The notes under the pieces: model-generated
Database searches by the model: none
The model's input: the letters and a program-made list of their open reading frames with translations, nothing else
Told to the model about the DNA's origin: nothing
Shown here: piece after piece, positions 13,376 to 24,921 of the stretch
Layout of the letters: each line of letters opens with the position of its first letter
Numbering within the stretch: the stretch's first letter is position 1
Translations under genes and position numbers: made by a program
Assembly: GCF_006345805.1 (NCBI RefSeq)
Contig: NW_021832840.1
Coordinates: forward strand, 31,693 to 95,692
DNA from: Octopus sinensis
Taxonomy: Eukaryota
Direction of reading: 5' to 3'
Length of the DNA: 64,000 nt

Positions 13376-14880
13376 CAGGGGTGCGCAAGCTTTTTGGGTT
13401 TGCGGCCGCATAGCATTTATTTTTCCTTCTCTTCCACGGCCGCACATTTTCTGCATTATTTTTTCGATATTAATATAGTAGTTTTTTTTAATTATTAAAT
13501 TGACCGCATAAGTTGCCCATTGTCATCGAGACCGAATGAGTTCTTGGACAGGAAATGCTCTCGTTTATCAGGGACATCATATTATTAAAATAAATAATTA
13601 TTTCATGGACAAAAGATAAGAAAGAAGGAAAGTTAATTAAAAGAAATGTATTATACAAGTTATTCTAATGACGGCCAGGATCTTTGGTATTTTTTGCGAG
13701 CTTATTGAAATCCACTGGTAGGGTAGATATCATTATGCGCAAACATGACTCTAAGTTTGCATCCGTTATCCGAGATCTATATTGACTTTTTAAATATTTC
13801 ATTTTGAAAAATGTAGACTCACATAAATATGTGCTTCCGAATGGCGCATTCAAATTGAAATTCCAATGTAATTCAATTTGAAATTCCAATAACGCATTCT
13901 CAATCGAAACAGTATGTGGTGCTGCAGTTAATTAAAGTTTGAGTTCAATTTTTTAAATTCGTTAAATCGCTCTTCAAATTGTTTCAAAATATAATCGAAT
14001 ATAGTATTAAATGTATTTGGTGTAAGATCGTCATAATTAATTATTTTGTCATCAATGAGATCAATCAATGATGAGACATGTCATGTCCAATTTGAATTCC
14101 AAACAACATTGTTTAACTATTTCAAATATATCTTGACCCCGTACATTTCCAGGTAGTGACTTCATGGATAGAAAATTCTCATGTATTTCAAAATCGAAGG
14201 ATAGAGTACGAATAAATATGATCAGCTGAGCAGAATCACATATATCATTCGACTCATCAATGGCAAGTGAAAATAACGTAGTTTGAGAATTTAATTTTTG
14301 TAGGAGTGATAGATTAAGATGCTCGGCAATATGAAACTGTCGGCGCTGAATTGTGTCACGTGAAAGTGGAATTGCTTCAAAGTTATGCTCCTTGTCGGGA
14401 TCAATGCATTTAACTGATTCCATGATACATCTTTTCAAAGTTCGCCGTCTGAAAAAGGTTTTCCAGCAGATCCAAGGATATGAGCAACTCGAAAGGATGC
14501 TTCAACTCTTGCATTTGCCACATTTAAAAAAGTTTTTAAACATTTTTTTGTTGTCTTAATTTGTATTTCAAATTTTCGACGGAATCTTCTCTTGAACACT
14601 TGGAGTTGACAACTAGGTGGTCTAAATGTCGTTGAAAATGTTGTTTAGCATTGTCCCGTTTTATAGTTTTCACAATTTCATGACACAAAATCATTGCATA
14701 CTATTGTTGTCTGTTTCGACTACGAAGTATTCACTTTCCCAGTTGATATTAAATTTTCTTTTTTCTTCATTCAAAGAACGTCGTCTTTTAACAGGTAATG
14801 ACATAAATAAATTAAGCCGTTTATGATAATTACTTTTAATAAAGGTTAACCATTATATAAAAATAGAATTTTATTTAATA
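13376..14880 (-). mobile_element. hAT SPIN/Buster (GTF2IRD2-like) transposase remnant
   Basis: PLSRDTIQRR, SLAIDESNDICDSAQLIIFIR, FGSTYLCESTF..MKYLKSQYRSRITD.NLESCLR. Terminal caggggtgcgcaag and GGCCGCA motifs at 13376. Confidence 0.8.
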
Positions 14881-14899
14881 TGAATATTTTTAATTATTA

Positions 14900-15100
14900 T
14901 GTCGCTAGCGCAGCGCGCGACCGAGCGCTAGACGCGACTTTGACACCAAATAAGCCTATCATCAACAAATATATTTATTAAATTATTTAAAATTTTAACA
15001 TGATTTAAAATTAAAATTGAAATAACTTAAGTTTTCCATTGAATCCCATAAAATAATTTATAAGTAGACCTTAATAGAAAAAGTAAAATCAATGAATACT
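14900..15100 (+). mobile_element. Ginger-like terminal fragment (TGTCGC end)
   Basis: Nearly identical to 38001-38285 and to 63300-63584 (reverse); begins TGT. Confidence 0.6.
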
Positions 15101-15244
15101 TAATAGAAAAAGTAAAATCAAAAAGAACGCAAAAACAATCTAAGTCCCTTGGGCAAGGACTAACTTGGAAAACCTAACGGTGTAGTCCCGCTTCTTGGTG
15201 GCCAAGTGACAAAAGAACGCAAAAACAATCTAACGCAAGAACAA

Positions 15245-15490
15245 CTAATTCTAATCGTCCAAAAAATACCATACCAACAGTTAAACATGGAGGTAGCAGT
15301 ATTATGCTATGGGGGTGTTTTTCTTCTTGGGGCGTTGGAGAACTTCATGTGATTGACGGAATATTGAATGCTTCTAAATACTGTGATATTTTGGAAAAAA
15401 ATCTATTTTCGTCAATTGAGAAATGTGGTATTGCAGGAAATTGGACATTTAACAAGACAGTGATCCAAAGCACACCGCAAAAAAAACTCA
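15245..15490 (+). mobile_element. Tc1 DDE core fragment
   Basis: PTVKHGGSSIMLWGCFS..GVGELHVIDGILNASKYCDILEKNL. Confidence 0.8.
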
Positions 15491-15543
15491 AAATTCGTAT
15501 ATTTAAATGATTATTAGCATTATTTGCGATTAATTTTTTGTAC

Positions 15544-15918
15544 ATGCTTAAGCGAAAGGAACATTCAGAAGAAATAAAAAAACTTATACTTCTTGAATAT
15601 AATGCAGGAAACTCAATCCGAAAAATTTCCGAAAGTGTTCATATTCCGAAGAGTACAGTATGGAAAATTATCAATAAATCGAAATTATTTAAAATTACCA
15701 AAAATAAGCCAAGATCAGGACAACCAAAAAAAATATCATCTCGATCAATTTCCATAATTAGACGAAAAGTGCTTGATAATCCGAGATTATCTTGTAAACA
15801 ACTCTCTACTTACTTCGGTGAGATAGGAACACCAGTATGCTCACAGACTGTTACAAATTCTCTAAGAAAAGAAGGGTTCCATAAATGTCGTCCACGTAAA
15901 GTTTTTTTTCTAAATTAA
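15544..15918 (+). mobile_element. Tc1 transposase N-terminal HTH fragment
   Basis: KEHSEEIKKLI...SIRKISESVHIPKSTV...PRSGQPKKIS. Confidence 0.75.
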
Positions 15919-16639
15919 GACTTTTTTTTGTTGATTATAGATCAAGTGTTAATTAAGTGAATTTATGATGCTAATTCTTTGATTGAGAGGACGCGCGAAT
16001 AGATAAGCAGTTTCAGCGCAATATCGCGAGCGAAATGCGCTCCGTGTTTTCACGAACAAAATCTCCTTTCCGATATTGAAAATATTCTGAAGTTCGTGAC
16101 ATAATTATATAATTAAATCATTTATCTCAAAAAAGATATGTAAAAATATAAACGTACACGGGATCCATTTTTAACCCCAAGGGGTACAATTTATCAAAAA
16201 TTTGAAGAGGTCAAAAACCGCTGTACTAGAATAAAATACCACAATAAAAATACTAAAAAAGATCGAGATAAATAAAACAAAAAAACAATCAAATACTAGA
16301 AAGAATTAAATTTAATTTAAGAAATCCATATGAATGAAGATTAATTAATTGATAAAATGAATACAAATTTACTTGCAAAATAAACTTTATAGAAAATATT
16401 TTACTAGTAGTCAATTTAATTAATCTTCAAACAAATAAAAAAACAAAAATATTATAAAAATACAGAATTAATTGGCAGTAAAAATAAAATAGGAATTAAT
16501 AACCAGAAGCACAACAAAGAAAAAGAAAATAGCGTGCATAACACGTGATATGTAATTTAAATTTAGAATATTTAAAAAGTTAAATAAATAACATTTAATA
16601 TTGTCAGTTTGTTTAAATTCAGCTAGTTTACTTTTTATA

Positions 16640-17060
16640 CTTTTTTAATTTTTTTTTTTTTTTTTTTTTTCAGTTAATAAATTCAGAGAAGAGATTGATT
16701 TGAGAAATCAATTGAGGAAGCCCGCTGCCTGTATGGAAAGCGAGTTCCCTCGGAGTATGGCTATTCCGATCCTTTGTCTTAGCCATACTCCTTCACGAGG
16801 ATCATTCTCCTTTGTGGCGAGCATTCTTCCGAGTTCGCGCAAGAACTCGGCAGTCGCTGGGCCAACTGCTCCTGATGACTCAGCCGCAACAGGGGTGAAT
16901 CTGTAGCGGTCCCCGAGGAAGGAATATTTTTTGGTTTTAAGGTTTTCCGCGATTGAGGCAGCTGCTCCAGGTGTCTGAACCGATTTAAGGAGATTCGTGC
17001 TTGAGTAAGTATCGACGCAAGTTGCGTCCCAGACCAAAGATCGTCCGGAGTTGCGTCCTT
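16640..17060 (-). mobile_element. CRE-like RLE 3' fragment with poly(A) tail
   Basis: LVWDATCVD, FTPVAAESSG, WLRQRIGIAILRGNSLSI; long T run at about 16650-16670 (poly-A on the minus strand). Confidence 0.8.
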
Positions 17061-17399
17061 TTTTAAATAGAAAATTTTTTTTAGCTGAATGCATTTATTA
17101 CGAAAAAAGAATTCGGTCAAGTGTTCGAAAGCTTCATAGACGGAAAGCCGACGCGATCGAGAAAGAATTAGAGCGTGCTATCGCAAGGGATATCCGCTCG
17201 AAAAACCATCGCGGGCGTAATAGAAAATTAAATTTTGAATAATTATTTTTAAATTTTGTTAAAAAAACACAAAATATAAATTCAAAATTGAAAAAGTCTA
17301 GATAAAATTAGTTTTTAATTAGTGGGTCTGCTTTCAGTCGATTCTCCTACTCTTCGAGCCTGAGCTTGGCCACATTTATCCATTTTTTTAGGGCTGCTC

Positions 17400-18113
17400 T
17401 AGTGTTTTCCGGATGACCACAGACTTGATGTAAGCTTGATGTAATTGGTAGAATTGATGGATACAATAGAGTCTAAGGTATTAATTGAAAATTAATTTGT
17501 AGGTGATTTTTTGAATGATTCCTTAATATTGTGTAAGGATGCGCATTTTGCCAGAGTTACAACGTAATAACTTTAAAAATTCTAATGAATTTCTGGAAAA
17601 ATTTAAAAAGAGCCATGATTTTAGAATGTTAAAATTACACCGAGAGATGCGAACTGATATAGTAGTTGACATTAATTCTTTTCGTCAAGAACTTAAAGAA
17701 ATTTATAAATTGTATAAGCCTGATCAATTCTATAATCTGCATTATACTACAAGCTTATTCAATCAAAAAGCACCCCTTATCGAAATACCGATTCCAAGGA
17801 TATAAAAATTTTAAACCTGGATTGTATTAAGATTTTAATTTTTTCTAAAAATTCTACTGGATTACTACAACCAATAGATATTTGAATTATGAAAACATTC
17901 AAGGCTAACTTCATAAGAAGAAAGCAAGAATACTTAACTGATTTTCCCGACGATGAAAATGTTTCTGTATACAATTCATACAAAAAATTGACATTAAAAG
18001 ATGCAATTTTGTTTGTTAAAATGGATTGGGATGACGTATCTACTGAAACCATTCAAAATTGTTTTAAGATTTTAAATGAATCTAATCACGAAAATTTAAT
18101 AATTGAACACTAG
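17400..18113 (+). mobile_element. pogo/Tigger (CENP-B-like) transposase fragments
   Basis: FKNSNEFLEKFKKSH (compare SNGWLxxFKxRH) and LKDAILFVKMDWDDVSTETIQNCF. Confidence 0.65.
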
Positions 18114-18129
18114 ATACTGAAATTGAAGG

Positions 18130-18759
18130 AACTTATATTTTCGCGTCCGGCTCGGTAACGCGTCCAGCTCGTGACATATTACCCGCCTGCAAATCTAGAA
18201 GAATTGGAAGAGAGCATCAATCATTATTTTCCGTCTCTTAATATTGAAATATATGATTAGATTAGAAATCCATTCTCCGAATCATGTGAATATCAACTTA
18301 CTCTAACAGAAGAGGAGGAGCTTTGTCAACTTCGATATGACCGCACATTAAAAAATTAAATTTACTAAAATAAAGACAGATAAGTTCTGGATTTTGATAA
18401 AAGATTCTTATCCTTCAATTTTTAAAAAAGCAATCAAAATATTACTTCAGTTCTCACATCATATAAGTGTGAACAAGCTTTCTCTTGTCTCGTCAAAAAA
18501 CAGAAACTGGTTGTTATCAGTTGAAGATGACCTCCGCGTATGTTTGTCGCAAATTCGTCCCCGTCTGAAAATTTTGTGTGCACATAAACAAACACAAGTG
18601 TCTCATTAGTTATTATAATTACAATTTGGTAATTTTTTGTTAAGTTTCTTGAATATATTAATTAAAAAAACATTTCTAATGAATACTGATTTTTTAAATG
18701 CCGGGAGAAAAAAAACCAAGTTTTAGGTACCGCGAGCACAAAAAGGTTGGGAAACGCTG
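18130..18759 (+). mobile_element. hAT Buster/Charlie 3' end with TIR
   Basis: IRNPF...FW..IKDSYPSIFKKAIKILLQF...VEDDLRVCLSQIRPR; right TIR ggttgggaaacgctg ends at 18759. Confidence 0.8.
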
Positions 18760-19344
18760 CCCCATGTCATACTTCGAAAGCAACAAAGGAGTATTTTTCT
18801 GCAAACAAAATTAATTTACTCGATTGACCGGCACAATCCCTCGATATGAATCCCATTGAACATATTTGGTCAAAAACTAAATATGAATTATCGAGGGATG
18901 ATGCAGAAAATCGACCAAAAAATAAACATCAAAAAAATAAAATATTAGAAATTTGGAATAAACTTCCAATTGATTTTATTCGAAAATTAATAAATTCGAT
19001 GAAAACTCGGAGTTTAAAGTTATATAAATCGAGAGGAAAGCATATTCCTTACTGATATTTTATTTTTTGACATTTGTCCGAAATTTTTTGTCTTAAAAAT
19101 CGGTTTTTGCTTTATTCTCAATATTCTAAAAAGATTTATGGATAAATATTATAAAATTAAAAAATATAGATGATATAAGCATGCTTAAGTTTTTAATTTA
19201 ATAAAATTGATAATAAAAATGACGATTTATTAACTGTCCAAATTTTAATGTCGAGGGGTGTATAAACGCATTTTAAAACAACTTGGGATTTTCGTTGATT
19301 AATAATTTTATCAAGAAACAGAAATATAAAATAGCAAATGACGG

Positions 19345-19770
19345 AAAAACTGAAACGAGACGGAAAAAGACCCGACGGTCTATCGACTTTCCCGTTTGAG
19401 TTCGGCAAGTCTCTGATATGGGATGCGACGTGTTCAGACACTTTCTCAAAGCTTAATCTTCTTTCTTCAGCTGTCGAGGCTGGCTCAGTCTCTCGCAAAA
19501 CCGAAAAAATGAAGATCGGAAAGTACAAGGAGCTCTCTGAACGATATCTGTTCACTCCTATCGCCGTCGAGACATCCGGCGTCATCGGCGAAAAGTCTCT
19601 CTCCTTTTTGAAAAAGCTTGGCCGCATGACTTCCCATAAACGGGGAGACCCACGCGAGTCCAAGTGGCTTCTCGAAAGGATTTCCTTGGCTATAGTACGT
19701 GGAAACTGTGTTTCCATCTACGAGGCCGGGAATTTTGTATTCAATTGAATAATAATTTGATATAAAAATC
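19345..19770 (+). mobile_element. CRE-like RLE 3' fragment
   Basis: RDGKRPDGLSTFPFEFGKSLIWDATCSD...PIAVETSG...ERISLAIVRGN. Confidence 0.85.
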
Positions 19771-20324
19771 GTCCTTGTTGTTGTATTACATTATTTGGCC
19801 GATCTTAAAAGATTATTTTCGTTTTTGGATCTAAGTTTGTTTATTGAAAAAAAATATCAAAACATTCATAAAATACAATATTACTTTTAACAAAACAATT
19901 TTCACTTTTCAAAATTCACAATTTTAGTTAATAAATACAGTTAACAAAAATAAAAATGGAACATGCTTTTTCTTATAAATGTCAAAGCTTCATTTCAAAA
20001 ACACAAACATAAAATATCAAAATTACATGAGATATGTTCCAAAATAATTTCCATTTTGAGGCGCGAGATCGTATGACAGGGAAAGGACTGAGAATGCATT
20101 GGTCGATGTTTGAAACAGAAATACAAAATATTTACAAAATACAATATTAATTATAACAAAACAATTTTCAAAATTCATAAATAATTTTATAAAAAACACA
20201 TAAACATAAAATATCAAAATTACCTGAGATATGTTCAAAAATAATTTCCTTTTTGAGGCGCGACATTTTATGGCAGGGAAAGGATGGACAGACTGACAAA
20301 ATATTTACAAAATACAATATTAAT

Positions 20325-21410
20325 TATAACAAAACATTTTCAAAACAACAAAACAATTTTCAAAATAACAAAACAATTTTCAAAATAACAAAACAATTTT
20401 CAAAACAACAAAACAATTTTCAAAATAACAAAACAATTTTCAAAACAACAAAACAATTTTCAAAATAACAAAACAATTTTCAAAACAACAAAACAATTTT
20501 CAAAATAACAAAACAATTTTCAAAATAACAAAACAATTTTCAAAATAACAAAACAATTTTCAAAACGCGGTTGCGCTCGTTGTTGCGCTCGTTGGTTTCT
20601 ATTAGTGTGTTTGGATCTTCTTAATTACACGCGGTTGCGCTCGTTGGTTTCTATTATTGTGATGCGTTGGCCACCAGAATCACCTAATCTAAGGATTTCC
20701 TTCAGATGTATGCATATGTCTGTTGTAACGGAGTCGGTTCTACTCCCCTTCCGAACATAACGGCGACGACTCAGACTTGTGCACATTCCCTGTTGGATCT
20801 TCAATGGAAAGGGTTTTCTGGAGACAATGATCTTCTTAATTAGTTCGGATTCTTGTTCTCTCATTTAAAAAAAAAAAAAAATTTTCAAAACAACAAAACA
20901 ATTTTCAAAATAACAAAACATTTTCAAAACACAAAACAATTTTCAAAATAACAAAACATTTTCAAAACAACAAAACAATTTCAAAATAACAAAACAATTT
21001 TCAAAACAACAAAACAATTTTCAAAATACAAAACAATTTTCAAAATAAAAAACAATTTTCAAAACAAAACAATTTCAAAATAACAAAACAATTTAAATAA
21101 CAAAACAATTTTCAAAATAACAAAACAATTTTCAAAACAACAAAACAATTTTCAAAATAACAAAACAATTTTCAAAACAAAACAATTTTCAAAACACAAA
21201 ACAATTTTCAAAATAACAAAACATTTTCAAAACAACAAAACAATTTTCAAATACAAAACAATTTTCAAAACACAAAACAATTTTCAAAATAACAAAACAA
21301 TTTTCAAAACACCAAAACAATTTTCAAAATAACACACATTTCAAAACAACAAAACAATTTTCAAAAACAAAAATTTTCAAAACAACAAAACAATTTTCAA
21401 AATAACAAAA
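20325..21410 (+). repeat. 20-bp minisatellite (CAAAA[T/C]AACAAAACAATTTT)n, interrupted at 20566-20880
   Basis: About 12 near-perfect units at 20325-20565 and about 26 degenerate units at 20881-21410. Confidence 0.95.
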
Positions 21411-21419
21411 ATATCATAG

Positions 21420-22271
21420 CACAGATCGTAGATGATTCCATTCGAAACCTTATGGTTGAACGGATAATTTTATGCTTCTCATTTCCGATGCTGCACGGTA
21501 TATGACATCCGGTATTGTTTTAATTAATTGATGATTTAGCCGGGAAAATTTTAAAAATTTATATCCCAATCTTTTTCATGTTAATTGCGTCACCCATATT
21601 TTGCATAATTGTTCAATGGAGGTCAGAAAATCTTATCCAAAGTTGATGATGTGATAGCTAGCGTGCAAGCTTCTGTCAGGAAGAACTACAAGCGAAAATT
21701 GTTGTTTTACGAAATTGGAATTCCTCCGAAAGTTGTGTTGACGAGATGGGGCACCTGGTTATAGGCTGCATCTTTTTATTCAAGAATTTAATCTCAGTGA
21801 TTAACATTTTTGATTTGATTGAGGACGAAGGAATACTAGTGACTGCCACCAAAAATGCATTGAAAAGTGAAAAACTAGTAAAAAGCTTATGTGCAATTTC
21901 GCATAACTATTCACATATTCCAGGTTTTTCATATAGTAATTAATCTCATAGAGAAAATATTACAACTTGAAAGTAACGAATGTACAATAGAATTTGCATA
22001 TTCGGCGTTAAGTACACTTGACTTCGGGAAGGATGAAGCAGGGATCAAAAAATATTAAGAGAAGAGAATTTTAGAGAGCGATATGACTAAAATTATTAAT
22101 ATGGATAATAAAAATATCTCTCCGGAAGATTATTCGTTACTTCAAAACTGTCAACCATCCTCGGCATCTATTGAACGATGCTTTTCGCAATTTAGGAGTT
22201 TTATGAGGTTAAACAGAAACTTTGCTACACAAAATTTGGAAAGTTATGTTATGTCCATTTTCAATAAATAG
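21420..22271 (+). mobile_element. hAT-like (CGGBP1-related) transposase remnant
   Basis: ISDAARYM, HVNCVTHILHNC, PPKVVLTRWGTW, PSSASIERCFS. Confidence 0.7.
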
Positions 22272-22780
22272 TCTTTAAAGTATTTTATTGTTTCTTATTT
22301 TTAAGGTTAAATTTTTCAATTTTTAAGGTTAAAAAATTCAAAATTCACAATATAATGCTAATTTGAGCTGATACATAATTTTATACAAAACACACAAACA
22401 TAAAATATCAAAATTACTATGAACTAAAACAATCTTCACAGTGTAATATTGAAAATATAAATTGAATAAAAAAGGATGACAAATAAAATAACAGTTTTGA
22501 GAAATTTTAAAATATGTAAAAAAACAGATTATAGGAATAAACTCTAAATATATCACGAAATGATGAATTTTCAGATAATTTAATCATTAAATGAAATTAC
22601 ATCACAAATTATTCCTTGTGAATCCATTTACATAAAAAATAAAGTGCGACTAAATAATAGGACAATTCCAACAAAAAGCACTGGGCACGTGTAATCAAAT
22701 AATAATTTAAAATATAAAATTATATTAAAATTTATATAAGAATATATTTATAATTTATAAATAAGTTCATTTAATCCTTC

Positions 22781-24147
22781 ATACTCTTTGATACCCAAAT
22801 TTGCGGGTGACGTCTGGTCCATCCGTAGGACATGTCCGAACAGTCTCCATCGGGCTTCCATCACATCCAGAATCACAGGTTGCACTGAGCATTTACGGTA
22901 AAGTGCCCCGTTGTTGATCCGGGTCGACCATTGTACCCCACATAATATACGCAGTTGTCTTTGGTGGAAGGAGTTAAGGTTTTTAATTTCGGAAGCAGAG
23001 ATCCCCCAACAGGAGGAGTTGTATAGCAAGACCGGTTTCACAAATGCATTGTAGAGGCGCAAACGAAGCGCAATCGTTACCGGCCTGTTAGCCACCCAAT
23101 CCTTCACCCGCAAATTTGGCTATGGAAGAATATTTTGCCGCTAGTGGAAAAAAATTTTGGGGACGCCCGCGCATTACTCTACCGGAGGTGCTGGATGCTG
23201 ACCTCAAATCAATCAACCGCAAGCTTAAAAATGGGATGATCTGGACGCAATGAGAAACTTAGCATGCAACAGGGGAGGTTGGACAAGGATTATCAAGAAA
23301 ATCGTTTCAAGTGCCGCACGTGTGGAAATATAACTATTATGTCGCGACCCACGCTGGCGACCATCCCACGCTGGCGACCTGAGCGACCTTCATTGTTGAC
23401 AAGATTGACAGGTGGAATTTATTCACCACTTCTTCAATTAAATTTCAAGTCTTACCAGAAGCAGTTTTATTTTTTAAAGATTTGCAGACAACAAATTTGC
23501 TGTAGATGTCAATAATTGTCAGTATCCAATTAGATCCATCGTTAAAATCTTTATATCTTCTAACAACAATAAGATCCGCCTGAAATCTTTCATTGGGTTT
23601 TCCTGCAGTTACATGGTAATTAGAATCCGACACCTAGGTATTTTTTTTAAATACTTTCAATGGTAGGACAAATTTACAAATTTCGCAGTCTTTTATAATT
23701 TGTTCGATGATTGGACGTTTTACAGTGAAATAGAATTCACTGCACTTTTTCTGAAGCTTTCGTATTCCCCATTGGGATTCTTGTTAATGGCGAATGCTAG
23801 TGTCCTCATCTCCATTTCATTGTCCAGACAAATGACCAATTTGTGTTTTTGGTTATTCTCGTCCTTTAGATAAAGACTATGAGTTAGGAGTCGCAAATAT
23901 ACCGATCATTAATAATGATTAATTGAGTCGCTTTTTTCATGCTAACATCTTTTGAGAGAAACCATTTTTTTTTGTAAAATGACGCTAAACCATTTCTTAA
24001 AATGAATTTTTTCCGGTTTGAATCACCTGTCAAACTGAAGGTCATAACCTGTCAAACTGATGGTCGCCAGCGTGGGATGGTCGCCAGCGTGGGTCGCGAC
24101 ATATTATGTTTCTACGGCAGTTGCCGATAATAATAATACTCTTTGAT
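22781..24147 (+). mobile_element. RTE-like LINE insertion with 5' inversion, TSD and (TAA)n tail; hosts a Ginger element
   Basis: TSD ATACTCTTTGAT at 22781-22792 and 24136-24147. Inverted RT-thumb segment (RLYNAFVKPVLLYNSSCW...RWRLFGHVLRM). Forward 3' segment PANLAMEEYF...GRPRITLPEVLDADL. TAA repeats precede the right TSD. Confidence 0.8.
23340..24101 (-). mobile_element. Ginger-like DNA transposon, internally deleted, both TIRs
   Basis: 40-bp TIR TGTCGCGACCCACGCTGGCGACCATCCCACGCTGGCGACC; 5-bp TSD TATTA; integrase core PNERFQADL...WILTIIDIYSKF. Confidence 0.85.
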
Positions 24148-24177
24148 GCAAATTAGTTATGTTCATTGGGATTTAAG

Positions 24178-24468
24178 TAGGGGTGTCTAACTCATTTCGC
24201 TTCAAAGGCCGCACTGTAAAAGAATTTCCTTTAAGGGGCTGCATTTATAATAATTTTTCACACAGGAAAGATTATTTATTTTATTGGAAAATAAAAAATA
24301 AGGAAATCTAAATTTCTAAAGTTTTTAATTTTTTTAGGAAGATGAGTAAAGAAAGCAGGTATTCTAACCCCCAACAAATTTTGAATCCAATATTCGATTT
24401 GTATCTTGTTTGTGTTTTGGTCTTTCATTTCCACATAAGGCTCGCGGGCCGCATGTTTGATATCCCTG
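24178..24468. mobile_element. hAT MITE (SPIN-like)
   Basis: Imperfect TIRs taggggtgtctaac / gtttgatatccctg with GGCCGCA motifs; flanking 8-mers gatttaag / gattagag match at 6 of 8 positions. Confidence 0.6.
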
Positions 24469-24573
24469 GATTAGAGGATTTTATCATATAAAATATGCAG
24501 TTCTAGTTTCTTCTTTTATTATGGTAGCTTCAGACTTCCCTCTCAGATATAAAAAAATTGCCAAATACGCAAA

Positions 24574-24921
24574 TCTTGGACAACGGTATCGTTTCATCCC
24601 TATCGTTGTGGAGACATCCTGGTGATTCCACTTTCTTTTCCAGCGAAGAACTGGTCTCAAGGTGCCCTCATTGTAAAGCGGCGAAGAAAACAGTGGATCA
24701 TCTGGCCACTAGATGTGAACGTATGCTGTATCTTGACTACACGAGACGTCATAATGAAGTTGTGCGCTGTTTGCATCTCCATTTTTGTCGTCTTTATGGA
24801 TTGAAGAATCAGAAAAGGTTGAAGACACACTCGATGCAGGAGGTAATATCGAATGAAAGAGTTGAGATACGGGTGGACACTCGAATCGAGACTGATTTTA
24901 CCGTTCGGTATAACAAGCCCC
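24574..24921 (+). mobile_element. Fused fragments: short CRE RLE piece, then R4/Dong-like CCHC zinc finger plus RLE
   Basis: RYRFIPIVVETSG; then CPHCKAAKKTVDHLATRC...YTRRHNEVVRCLH...IRVDTRIETD..VRYNKP. Confidence 0.7.

Larger units (their letters stand above)
12610..19260 (+). mobile_element. Tc1-like element (IR/DR type) split by about 5.5 kb of nested insertions
   Basis: TIR CACCCCTCGACATTAAAAT at 12610 with its reverse complement ending at 19260; TA on both flanks. HTH N-terminus 12851-13260. C-terminal DDE piece 18760-19050 (PCHTSK..., *PAQSLDMNPIEHIW). Confidence 0.8.

Noticed and set aside
15121-15233. CRISPR-like repeat-spacer-repeat
   Set aside because: Only two repeats, eukaryotic context and no cas genes.
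15245-15490. Missing middle of the 12610-19260 Tc1 shell
   Set aside because: It overlaps the 18760 piece at the P-x-H-T motif, so it comes from a different copy.
20253-20468. Repetitive N/K/Q-rich ORF
   Set aside because: It is a translation of a 20-bp unit that is not a multiple of 3; non-coding minisatellite.
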